Positions 1-8,946 of a stretch of DNA of 64,000 bases are shown here, in pieces. Origin of the DNA: an uncultured Acidobacteriota bacterium (GTDB lineage Bacteria > Acidobacteriota > JAQAZP01); the NCBI GenBank assembly GCA_963836075.1, contig CAWIIB010000001.1, positions 1,024,001 through 1,088,000 of the forward strand, in the 5' to 3' direction. How positions within the stretch are numbered: the first letter of the stretch is position 1; each line of letters begins with the position of its first letter. The translations under genes were made by a program, and so were the position numbers. The notes below the pieces were generated by a model. The model had not been told where the DNA came from, did not search any database, and saw only the letters and a list, made by a program, of their open reading frames with translations.

Positions 1-2666
1 TCCGGCCCTTCGCGCCGCGGCAGCTGCTGTCCGCCCTGCCGGAATCGGTAAAATCAATCGCCGTCCTCGACCGGGCCAAGGAGCCGGGGTCCTCTGGCGA
101 AGCGCTCTACACCGACCTGCTCACCGCCCTGGCCGAAGGCCGTACCGAAGGCTACTCCCAGTTCGACAAGGATCCCACGATCATCGGCGGACGCTACGGT
201 CTCTCCTCCAAGGAGTTCGATCCGGCCATGGTCAAGGCGATCTACGACGAGTTGAAGAATGACTCGCCGAAGAACCACTTCACCGTGGGCATCACCGATG
301 ATGTCTCCAACTCTTCGCTGACCGTGGACCACAGCTTCGACACCGAACCGGACAAAGTGACCCGCGGCGTCTTCTTCGGTCTCGGCTCCGACGGCACGGT
401 GGGGGCAAACAAGAACTCGATCAAGATCATCGGCGAGGAAACGGACAATTACGCCCAGGGCTATTTTGTCTACGACTCGAAGAAGGCCGGCGCGGTGACC
501 GTTTCCCACCTCCGCTTCGGCCCGGACCCGATCCGCTCGATCTACCTGATCAAAAAGGCCAACTTCGTCGCCTGCCACACGGAGGTGTTTCTCGAACGCT
601 ACAACATGCTGGCCTACGCCCAGCCGGGCGCGGTCTTCCTGCTCAACTCGCAGTCGGGGCCGGAGGAGGTGTGGGACACCCTGCCCATGGAGGACCAGCA
701 GTCGATCATCGACAAGAAGCTGAAGTTCTACACCATCGACGCCTACCAGGTGGCCCGGGAGACCGGCATGGGGGTGCGGATCAACACCATCATGCAGACC
801 TGCTTCTTCGCCATCTCCGGCGTGCTGCCCCGTGACGAGGCCATTGCCCAGATCAAGAAAGCGATCAAGAAGACCTACGGCAACAAGGGTGAGGAAATCG
901 TCAAACTCAATTTCAACGCCGTGGACCAGACCCTGGCCCACCTGCACCAGGTGAAGGTGCCCGGGGCGGTGACCTCCACCAAGACCCGGCCGGCACCCGT
1001 TTCCGACGAGGCGCCCGAGTTCGTGCAGAACGTCACCGCCGAGATCATTGCCGGCCGCGGCGACGACCTGCCGGTGAGCGCCTTCCCCGTGGACGGCACC
1101 TGGCCCGTCTCCACCACCCAGTGGGAGAAGCGGAACATCGCCCTGGAGATTCCGGTCTGGGAGTCGGACATCTGCATCCAGTGCAACAAGTGCGCCATGG
1201 TCTGCCCCCATGCCGCCATCCGGCCCAAGGTCTACGACCCGAAGTATCTCGACGGCGCGCCGGCGACATTCAAGGCCGTGGACTACAAGGGCCGTGAATT
1301 CCCGGGGACCAAGTACACCCTGCAGGTGGCCCCCGAGGACTGCACCGGCTGCGAACTCTGCGTCAGGGTCTGTCCGGCCAAGGACAAGAAGGACCCCGAA
1401 CGCCTGGCGATCAACATGGCTGCGCAGCCGCCTCTGCGGGAGAGCGAGCGTGAGAACTACAAGTTCTTCCTCGACCTGCCCGACCCGGACCGCACCAAGG
1501 TCAAGACCGACACCAAGGGGACCCAGTTCTTCCGGCCCCTCTTCGAGTATTCCGGGGCCTGCTCCGGCTGCGGCGAGACACCGTATGTCAAGCTGCTGAC
1601 CCAGCTCTTTGGCGACCGGGCGATCATCGGCAATGCCACCGGCTGCTCCTCGATCTACGGCGGCAACCTGCCCACTACCCCCTACACGGTGAACGCCGAC
1701 GGCCGCGGCCCGGCCTGGAACAACTCCCTGTTTGAAGACACGGCGGAGTTCACCTACGGGTTCCGGCTGGCCGTGGATCAGAACCGGGTGGTGGCCGAGA
1801 ACCTGCTCAAGGGCCTCGGACCCAAGATCGGTCAGATTCTGGTGGATGAGATTCTCACCGCTGACCAGACGAGCGAGTTGACCATCGCCGAACAGCGTTC
1901 GCGGATCGCGGCCCTCATCGACCAGCTGAAATCGTTCGACGACCCCGAAGCCCGGCAGCTCTCCCAGCTGTCTGAATACCTGGTGCGCAAGTCGATCTGG
2001 GGCGTGGGCGGTGACGGCTGGGCCTACGACATCGGCTACGGTGGACTGGACCACGTGCTGGCCAGCAATCGCGACATGAACCTTCTGGTGCTGGACACCG
2101 AGGTGTATTCCAATACCGGCGGCCAGGCCTCCAAGGCCACGCCCATCGGGGCGATGGCCAAGTTTGCCATGGGCGGCAAAGCCATCGCCAAGAAGGACCT
2201 GGGCATGATGGCCATGAGTTACGGCTACGTCTACGTGGCCCAGGTGGCCATGGGGGCCCGGGACGCCCAGACGGTGAAAGCATTCCTCGAGGCCGAATCC
2301 TACGAGGGGCCGTCACTGATCATCGCCTATTCCCACTGCATCGCCCACGGCTTCAACCTGGCCGACGGACTGGAGCAGCAGAAGCTGGCGGTGAACAGCG
2401 GCTACTGGCCGCTCTACCGCTTCGACCCGCGGCGCACCATCAAGGGTGAAAACCCGCTGCAGCTGGACTCCAAGGCGCCGTCGGTGGATTTCCAGTCTTA
2501 CGCGCTCAACGAGACCCGCTACCGGATGCTGCAGAAGATCAACCCCGAGCGGGCGCGGATGCTGCTGGACCACGCCCAGGGAACCATCAACGCCAAGTTC
2601 CGCAAATACGAGCAGCTGGCCAAAATGAACTTTGGCGACCAGGACGAGGGGGACGGGGAAGCGTAG
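1..2666 (+). CDS. nifJ: Pyruvate:ferredoxin (flavodoxin) oxidoreductase, 5'-truncated by window edge
   Basis: Frame is open from base 3 (RPFAPRQLL...VLDRAKEPG). Motifs GLGSDGTVGANKN, two CxxCxxCxxxCP ferredoxin motifs, GACSGCGETPY and TPP motif GGDGWAYDIG. Confidence 0.97.
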   Translation, partial: RPFAPRQLLSALPESVKSIAVLDRAKEPGSSGEALYTDLLTALAEGRTEGYSQFDKDPTIIGGRYGLSSKEFDPAMVKAIYDELKNDSPKNHFTVGITDDVSNSSLTVDHSFDTEPDKVTRGVFFGLGSDGTVGANKNSIKIIGEETDNYAQGYFVYDSKKAGAVTVSHLRFGPDPIRSIYLIKKANFVACHTEVFLERYNMLAYAQPGAVFLLNSQSGPEEVWDTLPMEDQQSIIDKKLKFYTIDAYQVARETGMGVRINTIMQTCFFAISGVLPRDEAIAQIKKAIKKTYGNKGEEIVKLNFNAVDQTLAHLHQVKVPGAVTSTKTRPAPVSDEAPEFVQNVTAEIIAGRGDDLPVSAFPVDGTWPVSTTQWEKRNIALEIPVWESDICIQCNKCAMVCPHAAIRPKVYDPKYLDGAPATFKAVDYKGREFPGTKYTLQVAPEDCTGCELCVRVCPAKDKKDPERLAINMAAQPPLRESERENYKFFLDLPDPDRTKVKTDTKGTQFFRPLFEYSGACSGCGETPYVKLLTQLFGDRAIIGNATGCSSIYGGNLPTTPYTVNADGRGPAWNNSLFEDTAEFTYGFRLAVDQNRVVAENLLKGLGPKIGQILVDEILTADQTSELTIAEQRSRIAALIDQLKSFDDPEARQLSQLSEYLVRKSIWGVGGDGWAYDIGYGGLDHVLASNRDMNLLVLDTEVYSNTGGQASKATPIGAMAKFAMGGKAIAKKDLGMMAMSYGYVYVAQVAMGARDAQTVKAFLEAESYEGPSLIIAYSHCIAHGFNLADGLEQQKLAVNSGYWPLYRFDPRRTIKGENPLQLDSKAPSVDFQSYALNETRYRMLQKINPERARMLLDHAQGTINAKFRKYEQLAKMNFGDQDEGDGEA

Positions 2667-2687
2667 GCCACGTTTCACGGCAATATC

Positions 2688-2725
2688 AAACGGCCGCGGT
2701 GCTCCGGCGCCGCGGCCGTTTTTTT
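2688..2725 (+). terminator. Rho-independent terminator after PFOR (possibly bidirectional)
   Basis: AAACGGCCGCGG...CCGCGGCCGTTTTTTT stem plus T tract between convergent genes. Confidence 0.85.
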
Positions 2726-2741
2726 ATGCAGAAAACCGACC

Positions 2742-3236
2742 TCAGGAAGGGGAGAGCCAAAGGCCGAGGTGGATCAGGGGGACAAGCAGGAGCCGGGACA
2801 GGCGGTGGGAGAGCATACCCAGGCGGCCCAGCCGTCCCGCCAGCGGATTGACCCAGGTCCAGGGACGGCGATGCAGCAGGAGCGTGTGCTCCGGGCCCAG
2901 GATGGCGGTCACCCGGCCGAGCATCATCTCCGAAGGGACCCATGACCAGGCCCGGGAGTTGTCCCCTTTCTGGCAGCAGGGGCGGCTGCCGTCGGCGGCC
3001 GCCCGGGACATCAGCAAGCGGTGAACCACCACCGTCTCGCCCTGGCGCAGGGCAATGATGTCGCCGCAGCGGAGCCGCTCCGGGGAGATCGGCTGAATGG
3101 TGACCCGGTCGCCGGGGGAGGCCACCGGCACCATGCTGCGCCCCTCCAGACGGAGAGTGAACTCCTGCCGGCTGTGCCGCCAGAGGTCCAGCACGGCGGC
3201 GGTCACCGGCAGCCCGGGTGCTCCCTTTTCCCCCAC
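2742..3236 (-). CDS. S24/S26-family (signal peptidase I-like, Ser-His type) peptidase; last gene of RiPP-like operon
   Basis: EGRSMVP (catalytic Ser), GDII, VVHRL (His) and KGDN motifs. Starts 4 nt after the C25 gene stop. Confidence 0.85.
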   Translation of the reverse strand: MGEKGAPGLPVTAAVLDLWRHSRQEFTLRLEGRSMVPVASPGDRVTIQPISPERLRCGDIIALRQGETVVVHRLLMSRAAADGSRPCCQKGDNSRAWSWVPSEMMLGRVTAILGPEHTLLLHRRPWTWVNPLAGRLGRLGMLSHRLSRLLLVPLIHLGLWLSPS

Positions 3237-3240
3237 CTGC

Positions 3241-5985
3241 TCACTCCCACGATTTGAGCCGCGAGGCCGGGTCTCCCAGAAGGGTGAACATGCTGACCAT
3301 CACATCGGTGGCGCCCAGAGCATGCGCGGCCACCTTGGCCTCGGTGACAATGACACCGAGACGGTCCTCCCCTTCATCAAAGATCAACGAGAAGATTTCC
3401 GGGGCCAGGAGATCCTGTTCCCAGGTGTAGCTCAGCCCACTGGGCGAGAAGCATCCGAACCCGCCGCCCAGTTCCGCAGTCGCCAGCTCCTCGGCCAGAC
3501 AATAGTAGAACGGATGCGAGAAATAGCCGTTGAGACAGGTCATGGTGAGCACGAAGGTCAGGGCGTCCTCGTTACTCAGCGACGCCACGTCGGCCGAGCG
3601 GAACATATACTCGCCGGCCCAGCCGGTCACCGACCCGTGGCCGTTGTAGTGGACGATGATCTCACCGATGTTGAAGCCCCGGACAATGTCTTCCGTGGCA
3701 TCGTCCACCACGCCGTACTGGGAGAGATACACCCGGCCAGGCACCATCCCATTGGGCAGCATGGCCAGCAGCGTCTCGTTCAGCGACTCGAAGACCGGCT
3801 CGTCGTCAGCGATAAAGAGGGCACGGGCGGGCACCGCTGCCGTCGATTGCTCGTGGGCCAGCAGCCGGGCCACCATGCGCCCGGCCATATCCAGATCGCT
3901 GGCCGGCAGCCGCCCGATACACATCTCCGGCAGGACATCGTCGCCTTCCACACAGACATACCAGTTGTCGTCCGGCGTCAGCCCCAGTTCGCTCAGTGAA
4001 AGGTGCACCGGCACCCGGCTCTGTTTTCCGGTGCCGAAATAGTCGAGGTAATCGGTGTTGGCATCCCCCAGCAGCAGAACGAACTCCGGGGCCGGGGCCG
4101 GCCACTCCCGGTAGGCATGGCCCAGGAAAGCCTGCAGCGCCGCCGGGTCGGCGATCCCGTGGTTGAAGTCGTCGTAGATATCCTCCAGGGCCACCGACAC
4201 GGCGCGGAGCCCCTGGCCCTGGCGATAGCTGACCAGCGGGTCGGCGGCCGCCAGGAACTCCCGCGGCGTGATCAGGATATAGTCAGCACCGTCACCGCCG
4301 GCCCAGAGCCCCGGCGATGTCCAGCCCTCCACCGATGCCGGGGACCGGAAACGGCCCGACGTCAGAGCCTGGTACCGTGCGGGGCCACCGGCGGTCTCTC
4401 TCCATGCCGCCGTGAACCCGCCTCCGGCCTCGCTGATGCCGACGCCCACCACGCGCTTCACGCTCAGATGGGAACTGATATCAAAGACGGCCACCTCCGG
4501 TTCCGAGAAACCGTGGACAGCAATGACCTGGGGGCCGGCCCCGGCAGTGGTGATCCAGAGCTGGTCGTCCATGGCGCGAAGACGTCTGCGGTAGTCCAGC
4601 TCGATCCAGTTGACGTATATGCTGTCCACCGCCGCCCCGGTGTCACCCGGGCAGTTCACGGTGATGGTATTCAACCCCTGGGCCAACAGATCGGAGGTGA
4701 TGGTCATCTCCTGGACAAAAACGTGGTCACCGTCCCAGAACTGGTCCCCCGCCTCGACCCCGTTGACCCGCACCCGGGTGTGATGGTTGGGATGCGGTGC
4801 CGCTGTGGAACGTCCCCGGCAACACACCCGGAGGGTTCCGTCCCACACTCCGGGAGCGAGGTTGGGAATTTCCAGCTGGTAGTCCATGGACGAGGGCGCG
4901 GTGAGCATGTCCCAGAACCAGTAGTCCTCCTCCGGCGCCCCCGGTGCCGCCTCCCACATCCGGTGGTTTTCCTCCACGTGCACGGTTTCAGTGGTGGAGG
5001 TGACCAGTCTGCCGCCGCCGGCGAGCGAACCATTCACCACATCCATCCGCTTACCCGGAGGGCCGTTCCAGTAGAGCCAGTAAACGTTGGTCCCGGTGAA
5101 GCTGCTCTCCATAGCCTGGCCGTAGAAAATGAGGCTCCCCTCGGGCCATGGCACGTCCTTTTCCGGGCCGGCCACCAGAACCGGCACTTCCCTTCCCCGG
5201 TTGAACAGTTTCAACGTGGCCCGGTCAATTGCATCCACCTCGCCGTGGCTCAAACCCGTGGAGAGCAGCGCTGCCACATAGTCAATGGCATGGAGGCCGT
5301 CTTCCTCCACCTCAATGCGCAACGCCCCGTCGCTTCGTGGGCCGGGGAGACCGACCAGTCCACCGGGGGAAGAAATGGCTGAACCCGTGCCTGGCGGAGC
5401 CTCCGGCGACGCCACAGCTCCGACCGCCGGCTGGACAAAGCTGAGCCGGACCAGCAGGCGGGTGGCACAGCGCAGGTTTCCAGCCGATGGATCCCACTGG
5501 AAGGGCTGGAATAGAACCCGGGCCATCCGGGCGCCACGCCGCACAGCCGGTGGGTCCACCGCCACCAGGGCGGCGGGATAGATCCCCGTGCCCCCGATAC
5601 ACCGTTCCGTGCCGCCGCCTTCCGGAGACAGGGTCAGGACGGGGAAGAGCCGCTGCAGCTGGTGGTGCTCGTAGTCCACATCGAGGATCTCGGCACTCAA
5701 TGCGCTTCCCTCGGGGAGCGGAATGGTGCAGCCAAGACGGGGCAATTCGGGCAGGCCGATATCCGAGGTCCTGGCCCAACCGTCCACCACCACCCGCCGG
5801 CATGGTCCGTCCGGCCCCGCGGTCGGCACCAGCCGGTAGGTCGGCAGGTTGAGTTCCAGGGTCATGCCCCGGGAGTCCCGGTCCCGCAGGTCAAGTTCAC
5901 CGGGAAGCGACAGGGCCGGGCCGGGTGTCAGAGCGCCGGCCGGCACCGTGAGCAGAAGCAACAGCAGAGTTAGTCCGTATCTCAT
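3241..5985 (-). CDS. Secreted C25-family (gingipain-like) cysteine peptidase with N-terminal propeptide
   Basis: Signal peptide, propeptide-like GLPELP region, ADYILIT, YDDFNHG, VLLLGD, IGRLP, catalytic YNGHG and MTCLNG, terminal LLGDP. Confidence 0.9.
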   Translation of the reverse strand: MRYGLTLLLLLLTVPAGALTPGPALSLPGELDLRDRDSRGMTLELNLPTYRLVPTAGPDGPCRRVVVDGWARTSDIGLPELPRLGCTIPLPEGSALSAEILDVDYEHHQLQRLFPVLTLSPEGGGTERCIGGTGIYPAALVAVDPPAVRRGARMARVLFQPFQWDPSAGNLRCATRLLVRLSFVQPAVGAVASPEAPPGTGSAISSPGGLVGLPGPRSDGALRIEVEEDGLHAIDYVAALLSTGLSHGEVDAIDRATLKLFNRGREVPVLVAGPEKDVPWPEGSLIFYGQAMESSFTGTNVYWLYWNGPPGKRMDVVNGSLAGGGRLVTSTTETVHVEENHRMWEAAPGAPEEDYWFWDMLTAPSSMDYQLEIPNLAPGVWDGTLRVCCRGRSTAAPHPNHHTRVRVNGVEAGDQFWDGDHVFVQEMTITSDLLAQGLNTITVNCPGDTGAAVDSIYVNWIELDYRRRLRAMDDQLWITTAGAGPQVIAVHGFSEPEVAVFDISSHLSVKRVVGVGISEAGGGFTAAWRETAGGPARYQALTSGRFRSPASVEGWTSPGLWAGGDGADYILITPREFLAAADPLVSYRQGQGLRAVSVALEDIYDDFNHGIADPAALQAFLGHAYREWPAPAPEFVLLLGDANTDYLDYFGTGKQSRVPVHLSLSELGLTPDDNWYVCVEGDDVLPEMCIGRLPASDLDMAGRMVARLLAHEQSTAAVPARALFIADDEPVFESLNETLLAMLPNGMVPGRVYLSQYGVVDDATEDIVRGFNIGEIIVHYNGHGSVTGWAGEYMFRSADVASLSNEDALTFVLTMTCLNGYFSHPFYYCLAEELATAELGGGFGCFSPSGLSYTWEQDLLAPEIFSLIFDEGEDRLGVIVTEAKVAAHALGATDVMVSMFTLLGDPASRLKSWE

Positions 5986-7137
5986 GTGGTCTGTTCTTCC
6001 TCTTCGGGCCGGGTGGCGTCGAGCGCCAGTTGCCTGACCAACGGTTCCTGCTCCTCAAAACGGCCCACCGTCAGCCGGAAGCAGGAGATATCGCCAATAT
6101 GCTCGATGAGCTCCTTCATCCGCATAACGGACCCGGTATCCCTGCCCCGCCCGGATGAATCGACCCGTTGTTTTATTCCGGGCAGCAGGCCGAATGCCGC
6201 CTGGTGGACTGGTATGCTCTCCAGCGCCGGTGAACGTGAGAAATCGGGCCGGGCCGTCTCACCCCTGAACACGTTGAGCAGATGGTCCCGGTGTTCCTCC
6301 AGCAGGTCCGCAAGACGGACTGCCAGCCCTTGCCCCAGCGGGTAGTCCAGCCGGAATTCGGCCACATCGGTGAGCGGTCTGGTCACTTCGATTCCGGGGT
6401 GCAGTCGGACCAGGGCATCGAGCAGCGGCTCCCAGCCCGGCTCCCGGGCCCCGATCACCAGCCGGCCCATGGCCCTGGCTTGCGGCCCCGGATCGAGGAT
6501 GAGCAGCAGGGCCGGCGCTGCCGTTGCACCGCCTGTCGTTTCACCAGCAATGGCCGGCAGAGGGATCTTTCCACCCCTCAGCGCCACGCCATCGCTTACC
6601 GACTCCGCCGGCCCTTCTTCAGGAACCACCCAGAGACTGCGCGGAAAGGGGTGAACCCGGCCGGTCCGGCGGTGGACCGGACATATTTCATCGGAATAGA
6701 GGGTGAACCCCGCTTCGGCCAGGGCCAGGGCCATGGTGGTCTTTCCCGTGCCCGGCGGCCCGGCCAGGATCACCGCCCGGCCATGGCGCACCGCCACTGC
6801 CGCGTGGAGCAGCAGGTGATGGTTCAGGCTGTCAAAAAGTGTCTGGGTGACCCACTGCCAGGCATGGTGGACCGGGGTGGGATGTCCGTCGAGGGACTGT
6901 TCCCCGTGACGGTCAGCGCCGCCCGCGGTGCGCGGCGGCCCGGGAGAAGCTGACCCCCGGCCCCTCCGGCCCGTTGAAGCAAGCGCTGATCCGCAGGTCG
7001 GCGTCAACCCCGGACACAGTGGTGCGGAACGACCCGTAATCCCGGTCAAACAGTTCCAGCAGCTGTTCCGAATCGCTGGACAGGTCCAGGTCCGTTCCGA
7101 GAATGCAGTAGCGTGCCTGGTGCCGGTCCCGGATCAC
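5982..7137 (-). CDS. HprK-related P-loop kinase-like protein (one frame break near 6930-6960)
   Basis: GTG start overlaps the rSAM stop (GTGA). N-part MIRDRHQARYCILGTDLDLSSDS continues in another frame into LLHAAVAVRHGRAVILAGPPGTGKTT...YSDE...PFPR. Confidence 0.75.
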
Positions 7138-8534
7138 GACGCCCCCTTTTCCGCAGCGGCGCCGCGAGCGCTCTCCCGATGCAAAATACCGTCGAACGCT
7201 TCCCGGTAGGCCTCCTGGCGGTAAGGACAGAAGTCGTCCCGCTCCCAGATGCTCCCCCGATGGTCCAGAGCCTGGCCCATACAGCCGGCCTGGCACAGGT
7301 TCCGCCAGTGACAGGCGGCGCACTCGGCGATCTCCCGCCGCCGCCGGCTCAGAGCCGAGCAGGCCCCGGCCATGGCGGGGTGCTCCAGGCTGGCGCGGAG
7401 GCCGTCACGCAAAACGTTTCCCAGACGAAATTCATCGCGCATCAACAGGACGCAGGGATAGGCCGAGCCGTCCACGTCGGCCACCAGGGTCCGGCCCACG
7501 GAACACCAGATGCCATCCGGGGCGATGGCCGGGGGGACTTCCAGCAGGAATCCGCTCAGACCGCAGTTGACGCTCACCGCGCAGCCGCCGCCGCGCTGCG
7601 CCGCGGCCACCTGATGGTAGAACGCCTCTTGATCCTCCACCGTCACCCCGGCGCCGATGCTGGCCCAGTTGCCTGCCGCCCGGCCCCGGCGCCCCAGGGG
7701 CAGGAAGCGGACCTGGGGCACCCCCCGATCCTCGGCCAGCCTGATGATCGCCGACAGCTGGTGCACATTCTGCTTCATGATGGTGGTGGAGAGATTGAGC
7801 TGCTCCCCCAGGCCGGCCCGCTGCAGGAGTTCCACGGCGTGCAAAGCGGCGGCGAAACTCCCCGCAGCCCTGATCCGGTCATGGGTCGCCTCGTCGGCCC
7901 CGTCCAGGCTGACCTGGACCAGCGCACCGCTCTCGGCCAGGAAGGCAGCCCACCGGTCATCGATGAGCGAACCGTTGGTCAGCAGTCGGACGCGCATGCT
8001 CCCCGCGGCATGACTGATCAAATCCTTCACCCGGGGGTGCAGCAGGGGCTCGCCGCCGCTAATGGTCACGCTCCGCGCTCCCCCGGCGGCCGCCTCGTCG
8101 ATCAGCCGGCAAGCCGCCTCGAGGGGCATGTCCAGGGTTTCCCGGTCAGCGGCGTGGTAGCAGTGGACACAGGCATAGTTGCAGCGGTGGGTGATGTGCA
8201 GAAAAAGCGATTCCGCCAGCGGGACACGCCGCGGCGGGTCGAGGGCTGGGGAATCGAGAAAGCCGCGGTGGCGGAGCTCGTCGGCCACCCGGTCCACATC
8301 GCGCCGGGCCTCGTCTCCGCCGAGGCCGTAACGCCCGGCCAGCGCGGCGGCCGCGCCCTCGCGGTCCGCTCCGGCGCCGAGAATCCCGGCAATTTCGCGG
8401 GTGGTGGCGTTTACCACCAGCCAGCGGGGATCACAGCGGTGGAGCATGACCAACCGATCCCGGGAGCCTTCGGGCAAAGGGGTGTCGGGGTAAAAAAACC
8501 AGGAAGGTTCCGGTGCTGGGGAATGTCTGTCCAA
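7134..8534 (-). CDS. Radical SAM/SPASM peptide maturase with N-terminal PqqD-like RRE domain
   Basis: CNYACVHC, SGGEPLL, QVSLDG; SPASM cysteines CSVG...AYPC...CAACHWRNLCQAGC...FC; N-terminal VVNATTREI...LAGRYGL...ARRDV...LRHRGFL is PqqD-like. Confidence 0.93.
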   Translation of the reverse strand: MDRHSPAPEPSWFFYPDTPLPEGSRDRLVMLHRCDPRWLVVNATTREIAGILGAGADREGAAAALAGRYGLGGDEARRDVDRVADELRHRGFLDSPALDPPRRVPLAESLFLHITHRCNYACVHCYHAADRETLDMPLEAACRLIDEAAAGGARSVTISGGEPLLHPRVKDLISHAAGSMRVRLLTNGSLIDDRWAAFLAESGALVQVSLDGADEATHDRIRAAGSFAAALHAVELLQRAGLGEQLNLSTTIMKQNVHQLSAIIRLAEDRGVPQVRFLPLGRRGRAAGNWASIGAGVTVEDQEAFYHQVAAAQRGGGCAVSVNCGLSGFLLEVPPAIAPDGIWCSVGRTLVADVDGSAYPCVLLMRDEFRLGNVLRDGLRASLEHPAMAGACSALSRRRREIAECAACHWRNLCQAGCMGQALDHRGSIWERDDFCPYRQEAYREAFDGILHRESARGAAAEKGAS

Positions 8535-8584
8535 GAGCGATATATCCTGCCCGGGAATTCCATGGACCGCCCCGGCACCACGCC

Positions 8585-8755
8585 CTAGAAGATGGCGCAG
8601 GGTGCGGGGCTGCAGGCATGCGCGGGCCCGGCCTGCTCCAGGATTTCCACGCTGCTGTAACTGGTGATTACCGGTGATTCGTAGCGGATCCGAATTCCGG
8701 AATTTTTCCGGTCGCAGCGGTCCGGCTTCCGCGGTTCAGTTCTCTCCTCAATCAT
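8585..8755 (-). CDS. Putative RiPP precursor peptide (56 aa; predicted core CSPAPCAIF)
   Basis: GGGAG-rich RBS before ATG; leader motif YESPVI; lies directly upstream of the RRE-rSAM gene. Confidence 0.82.
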   Translation of the reverse strand: MIEERTEPRKPDRCDRKNSGIRIRYESPVITSYSSVEILEQAGPAHACSPAPCAIF

Positions 8756-8839
8756 CTCCCTCTCCCGGTTACGGCCCCAGGCAGGTGTTGAACCCCTCTC
8801 CACAACATATCTTTTCGGCAGTAATGCGTTTTGACTGAA

Positions 8840-8868
8840 AATTTAACAACAACCCTCCGGGCTGTCAA
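8840..8868 (-). promoter_or_regulatory. Sigma70-like promoter of the RiPP-like operon
   Basis: Minus strand TTGACA-N17-TAAATT about 85 nt upstream of the precursor ATG. Confidence 0.65.
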
Positions 8869-8885
8869 CAACAGCCTGACTCGAC

Positions 8886-8914
8886 AAAAAAACCCCCGCC
8901 AGGCGGCGGGGGTT
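8886..8914 (-). terminator. Rho-independent terminator after mdh
   Basis: AACCCCCGCC/GGCGGGGGTT stem followed by a T tract on the minus strand. Confidence 0.8.
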
Positions 8915-8946
8915 CTTATATTCGACCGGTTGCTGCGAGCGGACGG

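Noticed and set aside
54-2054. 666-aa minus-strand ORF and other long antisense ORFs (e.g. 13483-15528, 25326-27605, 15762-17219)
   Set aside because: Shadow ORFs opposite clear genes; expected from high-GC codon bias and carrying no motifs.
8585-8755. Lasso peptide interpretation of the YxxP leader
   Set aside because: No lasso cyclase or B2 protease nearby, and the short core has no Asp/Glu ring acceptor.
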